In this document: piece by piece, positions 7,787-15,011 of the stretch
Layout of the letters: every line of letters starts with the position of its first letter
How positions within the stretch are numbered: position 1 is the first letter of the stretch
Assembly: GCA_030753015.1 (NCBI GenBank)
Contig: JASMDC010000058.1
Location: 1 to 18,263, forward strand
Length of the DNA: 18,263 nt
DNA from: Candidatus Undinarchaeales archaeon
GTDB lineage: Archaea > SpSt-1190 > JASMDC01
Reading direction: 5' to 3'
Position numbers and translations under genes: made by a program
Notes under the pieces: model-generated
What the model was told of the DNA's origin: nothing
What the model saw: the letters and a program-made list of their open reading frames with translations, nothing else
Databases searched by the model: none

Positions 7787-9526
7787 ATGGAGGCCCCTCT
7801 CGATCGAGACACATCAGTCTACGATGGTCCTGCGGACCTGGTGTTCTCCAATGCCAACATAGTGGACGTCGTATCGGGTGAGATCCGACAGGGCGACATC
7901 GCTGTGTACCAGGGCAGGATCGTAGGTGTATATGGTACGTACAAGGGCAACGAAACGGTGGACTGCACCGGTAAGTACGTCGCCCCAGGGTTCATCGACG
8001 GCCACATCCATATCGAGAGCTCCATGCTGGGCGTGCGTGAGTTCTCCCGGGCCGTGCTCCCCCATGGTACAACCGCAGTCGTCACCGATCCACACGAGAT
8101 CGCCAACGTCCTGGGTACCTACGGCGTCGACCTCATAATCAAAGAATCAGGCTATACTCCGCTCAATGTCTATGTCACCGCTCCCTCATGTGTCCCGGCC
8201 ACCCACTTAGAGACATCAGGTGCGGTCCTGGGCCCCTCGGAGATCGAGACGCTCATGGGGTACGATCAGGTCGTGGGCCTTGGTGAGGTCATGAACTTCC
8301 CGGGCGTCATCGGTCGCGATCCACAGATGATGGCCAAAATAGCTGCTGCCCAACGGGCCGGCAAGGTCATCGATGGTCACGCCCCAATGGTTAGCGGCGA
8401 CGACCTTGACGCTTACATAGCCGCCGGTGTCCAGTCGGATCACGAGTGCTCGAACGGCACAGAGGCGCTGGAGAAGCTAGGAAAGGGCATGCATCTCATG
8501 GTGCGAGAGGGCTCGGCCGCCCGTGACATGGCCAATATCCTCCCTGACCTAATTGCGGCCGGAGCTGACATGGACCACGTGTCCCTGGTGTCCGACGACC
8601 GCCATCCCGGCGACCTTCTTGAGAAGGGGCATCTCGACTACACCCTTCGTGAGGCCGTCAGGCTCGGGCTAGATCCCGTCACTGCCATCAAGACGGTGAC
8701 GTACAACACGGCCAAGTACTTCAAGCTCGATGATATCGGTTCCATCGAAGCGGGAAAGCGAGCCGACCTGGTAGTGTTCTCATCGCTCGAGGACTTCACC
8801 GTGAACGACGTGTACGTCGCGGGAGAACGGGTTGCTCATGATGGTGTATGCACCGCTCGACTGGGCGATGTGCAGTACCAGGACCGCGAGCTCCACTCGG
8901 TCCACCTTTCAAAGACGTTCGATGCCCGTGATTTCGACATCCCCTACGCTGGAGATGAGGGCCAGGCCAGGGTCATCGGTGTCACCGATGGTTCCCTACT
9001 AACATCGAAGGAGATGTATTCCGTCACTCCCGAGAACGGCGAGGTCGGAGTGGACACGGCACGCGACCTTCTGAAGATCAGCGTGGTCGAGCGACATCAT
9101 GGTACGAACGATCACACGACAGCCCTCGTCCATGGATTCGGCCTGACCGAGGGTGCCATCGCCTCCACTGTCGCGCATGATTCGCACAATATCGTCGTTG
9201 TGGGTGCCGATGAGCAGGACATGGCCACGGCCGTTAACTACCTTGGCGAGCATGGCGGGGGTTTGGTGGTCGTCCGCGACGGAAAGGTCGTCGATGCCCT
9301 CGACCTTGAGATCGCCGGTCTCATGAGCACCCAGGACGCCAGGTACGTGGCAGATACGCTTGATCGGCTCCACGACGAGGTGCGTGATCTGGGATGCTCA
9401 CTTGAGGCGCCCTTCATGACCATGGCGTTCCTCGCACTTCCCGTTATCCCCGAACTCAAGATCTCAGACCAGGGGCTCATCGAGGATTTCCAGATCGTCC
9501 CCGCCGTTGAGGACGGGCAGGACTGA
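7787..9526 (+). CDS. ade: Adenine deaminase
   Basis: PGFIDGHIHIESS, DPHEIANV, GEVMN, DGHAP, DHE, REGSAA, SDDRHP, STVAHDSHN and ALPVIPELK motifs. True start probably ATG 7787, after TTTATAA at 7745-7751; the ORF-track extension to 7631 overlaps the divergent gene. Confidence 0.95.
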   Translation: MEAPLDRDTSVYDGPADLVFSNANIVDVVSGEIRQGDIAVYQGRIVGVYGTYKGNETVDCTGKYVAPGFIDGHIHIESSMLGVREFSRAVLPHGTTAVVTDPHEIANVLGTYGVDLIIKESGYTPLNVYVTAPSCVPATHLETSGAVLGPSEIETLMGYDQVVGLGEVMNFPGVIGRDPQMMAKIAAAQRAGKVIDGHAPMVSGDDLDAYIAAGVQSDHECSNGTEALEKLGKGMHLMVREGSAARDMANILPDLIAAGADMDHVSLVSDDRHPGDLLEKGHLDYTLREAVRLGLDPVTAIKTVTYNTAKYFKLDDIGSIEAGKRADLVVFSSLEDFTVNDVYVAGERVAHDGVCTARLGDVQYQDRELHSVHLSKTFDARDFDIPYAGDEGQARVIGVTDGSLLTSKEMYSVTPENGEVGVDTARDLLKISVVERHHGTNDHTTALVHGFGLTEGAIASTVAHDSHNIVVVGADEQDMATAVNYLGEHGGGLVVVRDGKVVDALDLEIAGLMSTQDARYVADTLDRLHDEVRDLGCSLEAPFMTMAFLALPVIPELKISDQGLIEDFQIVPAVEDGQD

Positions 9527-9535
9527 TCCCGCTCC

Positions 9536-10765
9536 TTACTCCTGCACTTCTTCGTTGTGCTGCACTTCCGTGGGCAGTGCTTGAGGACGCCCGATAAGTG
9601 AATAGACCATATCCATGATACCCAGCGAGGGTTCTGTTGCCAGTCCTTTTTGGATGAAGGGGACCTTGAGGGCTAGAGCAGCTGCAAGGAAACAGGCCAA
9701 TCCTGATAGGATGTGTGGGAGAGCGTATCCACGGGCCGCGCCCAAGGGAGCGAACACAAGGATACCGACGAATTGCCCCATCACCATGATAGTGGTAATG
9801 AATGCGGAGTCTCCTCCAACACGTTCTCGGCTGAACAAGGTGGCAATGACGACATACGTGTACACCACGGCCAGTGCGTCCCCGATCTCGTGCACGATGC
9901 GGAATACGAATGATATGGGAACGTGCGGGTAGGTCATGGCTGCATGACCGAATCCAGAGAGAGCGAGGCCTCCAAGGAATATACGAGGATTATTCCCATT
10001 GCGGTCGATTGCACGGCCGATGTTCCTCGAAGCCAGACCAAGAAGGATGATGGGCAATGCGATGTACACCGCGAGCTCGCTCCTCGAAAGCCCAAGGTCG
10101 TTAGCGAGGAACAGACTGTAGGAGGTCACTTCAGCACCCCAGTGAAGGGTGAAGAGGAAGAGCACCGCACCGAGCTTGAGGACCTCCCCGCTGATAAGGT
10201 CGCTTGAGTACTCGTCGAGGGTCGTGTCGACACGCGTGGTGTCGTCGAGCTTGAGCGCTAAGAACCAGACCACTACGAATCCCAAAGCGGCGAACGCAAA
10301 AAGCGGAGGGAAGTCAACTCGTGAGAGGGCGAATCCCATTAGGAGGACTCCAATGCCTGCCGGGAAGGCACGCGAGAACCAGTAATCGCCGAACGCAGCA
10401 CCCTTTCTCTCCTCATCATGGGTCTTGAATATGGAACTGGTGATGGAGGTATAGGTAAGGTTACTGCCCACACCACCGATGAAGAACAGGATGACGAGGG
10501 GCCAGAATGCTGTTGTTCCGGAAAGTCCGGCATAGAACACCACGGAGAGCGCGAATCCTGCCAGGATGAACGATCGGGTCGAGATACGATCGTTCCCCAC
10601 ACCAGAGATGAATGTTGTAAGGAGGGCTGTTACTGTGAGGAGCGAAAGAAGGATTCCCTGCTGTATCCCCGTGAGACTTATGGCTGTGAGGTGGAGTGGG
10701 AGCAAGAAGAAGATGGGATTATCGATGAAGATCTTGGCGGCGAGGAGCAGATAGGGAAGACGCAT
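9536..10765 (-). CDS. MFS transporter
   Basis: 409 aa, about 12 hydrophobic segments; motif-A-like SGVGNDRISTR and IGRAIDRNGN; EERKGAAFG loop. Confidence 0.85.
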   Translation of the reverse strand: MRLPYLLLAAKIFIDNPIFFLLPLHLTAISLTGIQQGILLSLLTVTALLTTFISGVGNDRISTRSFILAGFALSVVFYAGLSGTTAFWPLVILFFIGGVGSNLTYTSITSSIFKTHDEERKGAAFGDYWFSRAFPAGIGVLLMGFALSRVDFPPLFAFAALGFVVVWFLALKLDDTTRVDTTLDEYSSDLISGEVLKLGAVLFLFTLHWGAEVTSYSLFLANDLGLSRSELAVYIALPIILLGLASRNIGRAIDRNGNNPRIFLGGLALSGFGHAAMTYPHVPISFVFRIVHEIGDALAVVYTYVVIATLFSRERVGGDSAFITTIMVMGQFVGILVFAPLGAARGYALPHILSGLACFLAAALALKVPFIQKGLATEPSLGIMDMVYSLIGRPQALPTEVQHNEEVQE

Positions 10766-10800
10766 GAGCAGGGCTCACTCCTACCTCTGAGCTTATAGTA

Positions 10801-12120
10801 CTATGTTGTGCTGGCCGCTGATTCTTCAGGAAGCAGGTATCGACCGTGTTGGATGTCGAACTCGCGCCCGTCAGCATCGAGGTACGACCGCGTGGCCTGA
10901 AAGTCTCCCCGAAGCTGCGCTTCTGGTATCTTCTCCCCGGGCGCAAGGTCCTGAAAGGTGACCTCCTCGTCCAGTTCCTTTCCGTCATAGAGGAGCTTGC
11001 CATGGTCGTATGTGATCGTGGCCTTTGGCTCGAAGGTGGTACATGTGTACTCCCGTGAGGTGTCCTGGATACCGAGGACGATCGTCAGCTCACCCTCCTC
11101 CGGGAGCTGGTGCTCTCGCTTGTCGTATGATGAATTGAAGCGTGATGTGAGCTGTTCCTCCACCTTCTCGCGCACACGCCAGGATGCATCGAAGCCGCTC
11201 CATTCATCGTCCCAGGAGTGGCTTATGCCCGTTGTGACCTTCTGCTCGACATAATCGTTCTGGTGGGTCAGGAGACTGTCCACGGTGACCCTTCCGTGGT
11301 CCTTCGGTGAATAGGCGTCGTCAATGACGTCCTTTGAGGGATAATGTTTAGGGACGATCGCATCGGTTATGACGAGCTTCTGTATTTGACCTATCGGATC
11401 GTACCCGCTCGCGTTGGGAAGCGCCTGGAACGCTGCCTTTGCGCAGGCATCTGCATAGGCACCGGAGATAAGGAAGTTGGTGGCCTTCGATGAGAACGCT
11501 TGTCGTTCATCGGGGAGCGGTTCGCCCTCAGAGTACTTAGTGAACACGACACGGTCGATCAAACCCTTATCAACAAGGTCACGGGACTTTGAACCGGGTG
11601 CAGCGAAATGTTCAGCTATCTCGACCAGGACAACATCGTACTGGTCCCTGTCGATCGAGGTCAGGAGACGCTCGAGGTTCGCCTCATAGCGGTCCCGGAC
11701 GGTGTCACGTTCCTCATCGGAAAGCCGGTAGATCACCTTCTTACCGATGGGTTGTTTTTCATCCATCTCTTTGATTTCTTTATGGCGCTCTGGATCGATG
11801 TCGATATATTGATCGTTGTCGGGGGTAGAAGTGCGGAACGTGTAGACAGCAGGGCTTGGATCGTTCATGACCTCAGCATAATAAGGGTGGACGACGAAGA
11901 TGACGTTCGGTGCCTCAAGGGCATCGGTTCCCGTACGCTCCTCAGCGTAGCGTTTGCAGGCGCCAAGAAGCTCCTGCTGCTCGGTAGTTTTGTAATAAGC
12001 GTGTGCTTCGTCCATCTGTGGTGGGTAGTGGCAGAACATCCCGGCGTCCTTCACCGCCTGCTCCCAGTCCTTGACGTGCTGGGGGTACACATCGAACTCC
12101 ACGCCCTCAAACACGTCCAT
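10801..12120 (-). CDS. Hypothetical acidic soluble protein, possibly with an isochorismatase-like (cysteine hydrolase) core
   Basis: 439-aa ORF; TATAAATA at 12146-12153 (minus); VIFVVHPYY and FLISGAYADACAKAA. The fold call is weak. Confidence 0.6.
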   Translation of the reverse strand: MDVFEGVEFDVYPQHVKDWEQAVKDAGMFCHYPPQMDEAHAYYKTTEQQELLGACKRYAEERTGTDALEAPNVIFVVHPYYAEVMNDPSPAVYTFRTSTPDNDQYIDIDPERHKEIKEMDEKQPIGKKVIYRLSDEERDTVRDRYEANLERLLTSIDRDQYDVVLVEIAEHFAAPGSKSRDLVDKGLIDRVVFTKYSEGEPLPDERQAFSSKATNFLISGAYADACAKAAFQALPNASGYDPIGQIQKLVITDAIVPKHYPSKDVIDDAYSPKDHGRVTVDSLLTHQNDYVEQKVTTGISHSWDDEWSGFDASWRVREKVEEQLTSRFNSSYDKREHQLPEEGELTIVLGIQDTSREYTCTTFEPKATITYDHGKLLYDGKELDEEVTFQDLAPGEKIPEAQLRGDFQATRSYLDADGREFDIQHGRYLLPEESAASTT

Positions 12121-12197
12121 GGAAGGCGAAAGCTACCTCTGGGCGTATTTATACGTTCCCTTTTTCATCACTCATCGGTGACAAACTATCTTGGGAT

Positions 12198-12812
12198 CTA
12201 TTTCCGCCACGATTGGGGATTGATCATACCGATGGCACGGCGCGAGGTGGAGCCGCCGGCATTGCCGTCATAGGCAAACTCCTCCATCTCAGCGATATCG
12301 ATGACAAGGTAGGTCTCTGTACCAGAGATCAGTCGTGCTGTTCGCATGCGGTTGATCATGGACCTAAGTTCACCGAGGTTCTCCACATAGATCTCCATGA
12401 GGGCATTGTACATACCGGTCGTGCCGTAGATACGCTTCACGTTACCATCCTCAGCGAAGGATGTCATGGCGTTCTCGGGTTTTCCACGGCCTACGATGAC
12501 ACCTATGAACGCAATGATGTTCTTACAGAGTGTATCGCCCTTCTCATCCTCAGTGAGCTTACGATGTGTGATGGTCGGTTCCTTGATGGGATGCATACAG
12601 ATGCACATATCGGACTTGATGATGAAATCATACTCGCTGATCTTGTCCAGGACACGAAGGAGCTCCTCGGCGGATGGTACCTCCAGCTCGGTGATGAAAT
12701 CGTACTTACCGGTGACGGTGTAGACGTTATCGACATACTCGGTCTCATCCAATCGTCCTAGGATCTCTTCCTCGGACAGCGGCCGGGTTGTGAGGAACAC
12801 AAAGCCCTTCAT
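12198..12812 (-). CDS. Tandem Lrp/AsnC ligand-binding (RAM) domain protein without HTH
   Basis: Two units: GFVFL...VYTVTGKYDFITELEV and AFIGV...IYGTTGMYNALMEIYV...TETYLVI; TTTTTATA at 12835-12842 (minus). Confidence 0.85.
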   Translation of the reverse strand: MKGFVFLTTRPLSEEEILGRLDETEYVDNVYTVTGKYDFITELEVPSAEELLRVLDKISEYDFIIKSDMCICMHPIKEPTITHRKLTEDEKGDTLCKNIIAFIGVIVGRGKPENAMTSFAEDGNVKRIYGTTGMYNALMEIYVENLGELRSMINRMRTARLISGTETYLVIDIAEMEEFAYDGNAGGSTSRRAIGMINPQSWRK

Positions 12813-12901
12813 ACACAGCTCTTTCCCCAGAACCTATAAAAACCTACTGCGGAGGACTGGGATTACGATATATTCACTGTAAAGTAACAAAAAGGAGGAA
12901 C

Positions 12902-12919
12902 TATAATAAAGTTTATTAA
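12902..12919 (+). promoter_or_regulatory. BRE/TATA-like promoter for the small ORF at 12961
   Basis: A-rich ATAATAAAG followed by TTTATTAA (12912-12919). Confidence 0.5.
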
Positions 12920-12960
12920 GTTCGGGGTATACAGTAGAACCTGTCCGGGGGGACGTGACA

Positions 12961-13050
12961 ATGAAAAGACAGATTGAAAGGTTCTTCAACCATGCCGCAG
13001 GGGCTACGCTCCTTATGAGCGTGTTCTATCAACTTTACACGGTTCTGTAA
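12961..13050 (+). CDS. Small 29-aa peptide MKRQIERFFNHAAGATLLMSVFYQLYTVL
   Basis: ATG..TAA; purine-rich SD-like GGGGGGACGTGA just upstream; TATA upstream; hairpin plus T tract immediately downstream. Below the ORF-track length cutoff. Confidence 0.55.
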   Translation: MKRQIERFFNHAAGATLLMSVFYQLYTVL

Positions 13051-13058
13051 GGGTTCAC

Positions 13059-13088
13059 GGGTCCGGCATCGCTGGGCCCATTTCTTTT
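13059..13088 (+). terminator. Hairpin plus T-tract terminator
   Basis: GGGTCCGGC-ATC-GCTGGGCCC forms a 9-bp stem with two G-U pairs that work only on the plus strand, followed by ATTTCTTTT. Confidence 0.6.
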
Positions 13089-13114
13089 ATTGCATTTCAG
13101 ACCGAGTCAGAGCC

Positions 13115-14314
13115 CTATCCCCAGTGAGGTGGCGAGGTGTCCTGTGGTTCGAACACCCACTTGAGGAGGACCGCAGCAACGAGCGATGTGGTGATGGTCA
13201 TCACGACTGTGATGGAGAAGATCTCACGGGATATCACCGGGGGGGACAGGCGTAGGGCAATGCTGGCGATGACCAGGGGTACCTCGGCGCGGGGCACCAT
13301 GCCTACACCGATTCTAAGAGCGGACATTGAAGACATGCCACTGAGCATGGCCCCGAGGCCACATCCCACGACCTTGCTCACGACGGCGATGATGGTTATG
13401 ACCAGACCGCCGAGGAGGATGGAACCCAGGTTGGAAAGATCGACCTCGATACCGAGCATTACGAAGAAAATCGGGACGAAGAAGTTGTAGACTGGTTCGA
13501 TACGCTCCCTGATGCGATCCGCTCGGGGGCTCTCAGCAAGGAGGATGCCGGCGATGAGGGCGCCAGCGATGGCGGCGAGCCCGGCCATCTCGGCCAGTAC
13601 ACCCATGAAGAAGGCAAGAGAGAGGCCGATGAGGAGCGCGGACTCTCGGGTAACCATGTCCAAGGTGGCGACCATGAGGACGGGCACCACGAGCCTGCCA
13701 ATCCAGATCGATCCGAAAAGGAAGATTAGGATGCGGAACACTACTGGAAGAAGGCCGATGACACTAGTTGTTCCTGATGCTAACCAGCTCACAACGAGTG
13801 AGAACACGAGGAGGGCAAGTACATCGTCCACGACAGCGGATTCGAGGATGAGTGTTGCTTCCGGCATGTCGATGGTCTCTAAATCTGCAAGTATGCGAGC
13901 GGAGATCCCGATGGACGATGCTGTGAGAATGACGCCCAGAACGATGTTCCGACGCATGTCACCTGCAGGTATCCCGATGCCCGTCCATCCCCAGAGATAG
14001 CCGATGAAGAAGGTGAGGATGACACCCGTAAGGGAGATGATGATCGCTTTCCTTCCATATTCGACAAGCTTGCGCATGTTCACGTCAAGACCGATTCGGA
14101 AGAGCAGGATGACCAGAGCGACGTTAGCAATCTCTTCAAGGAAGGGCGTCGAAGTGATTCCTGCACCGAAGTAGCCGTATATGTTCGGCCCGATCACCAA
14201 TCCACCGACGATCTCACCGAACACTGAAGGTAGGCCCGCCCTCTGGGCGAACTCACCGAACATCTTGGCCATGAAGATGATGACAGCGAGATCGAAGAGG
14301 GGCTCGATTGCCAT
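13115..14314 (-). CDS. Cation:proton antiporter (CPA2, NapA/Kef-type)
   Basis: LPSVFGEIVGGLVIGP, TASSIGISARIL, SAVVDDVLAL, FFVPIFFVMLG, SKVVGCGLGA and GMVPRAEV motifs; TTTTAAAG at 14337-14344 (minus). Confidence 0.93.
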   Translation of the reverse strand: MAIEPLFDLAVIIFMAKMFGEFAQRAGLPSVFGEIVGGLVIGPNIYGYFGAGITSTPFLEEIANVALVILLFRIGLDVNMRKLVEYGRKAIIISLTGVILTFFIGYLWGWTGIGIPAGDMRRNIVLGVILTASSIGISARILADLETIDMPEATLILESAVVDDVLALLVFSLVVSWLASGTTSVIGLLPVVFRILIFLFGSIWIGRLVVPVLMVATLDMVTRESALLIGLSLAFFMGVLAEMAGLAAIAGALIAGILLAESPRADRIRERIEPVYNFFVPIFFVMLGIEVDLSNLGSILLGGLVITIIAVVSKVVGCGLGAMLSGMSSMSALRIGVGMVPRAEVPLVIASIALRLSPPVISREIFSITVVMTITTSLVAAVLLKWVFEPQDTSPPHWG

Positions 14315-14380
14315 CGGTCGAATCAGATATCTTCATCTTTAAAATGTTGTGGGGGACACCGCTCATTTGAACGGGGGTGT

Positions 14381-14418
14381 TAGAAAGAGGTATCAGGGGA
14401 CCTCGGAAGGCCCCCTGA
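14381..14418 (-). terminator. Terminator of the wHTH gene
   Basis: Minus strand TCAGGGGGCCT-TCCG-AGGTCCCCTGA (11-bp stem, one G-U pair) followed by TACCTCTTTCTA; starts about 15 bp after the stop codon. Confidence 0.6.
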
Positions 14419-14433
14419 ACGGTCTGCCACTCA

Positions 14434-14757
14434 CTACCGCTTCTTCGGTCGTCCCCTCTTGGGGGTCACGAGGTTGAAGAGCTTGAGATACTCCTTTACG
14501 AATTCCTTGCCGGAGTCTGTGATCTCAAGGCTGAAGGAGCGAACACGCTTGCCCTTGCTCTTCTTGAGATGACCTCGCTCAACGAGGGACTTGACGGAAT
14601 TGTAATAGCTGCCTGCATCGAGCTTGATACCCTTATCGCGGATGTTGATGAGGGTCCGGTAAGGTGTCGCGCCAGCATTCCTGGCAACCTCGTTTAGGAT
14701 TATATACTTCAGGTTGCCAGTAAGGAACAGTTTCTTCACATAGCCTTTCATGTCCAT
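14434..14757 (-). CDS. PadR-like winged-helix DNA-binding protein with a C-terminal AT-hook
   Basis: GNLKYIILNEV..TPYRTL..LDAGSYYNSVKSLVERGHL..SLEITDSGKEFV (PadR-like pattern); ends TPKRGRPKKR. Start could be 14751, 14757 or GTG 14787. Confidence 0.72.
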   Translation of the reverse strand: MDMKGYVKKLFLTGNLKYIILNEVARNAGATPYRTLINIRDKGIKLDAGSYYNSVKSLVERGHLKKSKGKRVRSFSLEITDSGKEFVKEYLKLFNLVTPKRGRPKKR

Positions 14758-14769
14758 TCTATCGACCGC

Positions 14770-14990
14770 CGAATTATTTAGACCCACAATTTAAAAACCT
14801 ATTCAAAAAATCCCCTTTTCAATATAAAGGTCTTTTAATCCAACTTTTTAGATTGTAATAAGCTTGCGTCTATCGATATTATAATGTCATTCAGTATATA
14901 GGTGTAAAAAAACCAAGATTTTATTTCTGTATTTTCCTCTTTCTCCCGGTCTATTGATCGCGCGCGTGGGGAGCTCCAAAGGTTTATATT
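14770..14990. promoter_or_regulatory. AT-rich divergent intergenic region between the wHTH gene and hel308
   Basis: Markedly A/T-rich compared with its flanks; TATA-like boxes at 14790-14797 and 14822-14829 (minus) and 14983-14989 (plus). Confidence 0.6.
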
Positions 14991-15011
14991 TCGCACCACG
15001 GCACAGGTCGT

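Noticed and set aside
10795-10804. 10-bp palindrome ATAGTACTAT at the MFS promoter
   Set aside because: Short, and explained by overlap of the upstream stop codon with a TATA-like box.
11608-12761. 221-aa and 182-aa plus-strand ORFs
   Set aside because: Antisense shadows of the minus-strand genes, which have better promoter and motif support.
14770-14990. Canonical Orc1/Cdc6 replication origin
   Set aside because: No ORB or mini-ORB consensus with a G-string and no adjacent cdc6; kept only as a speculative unwinding element.
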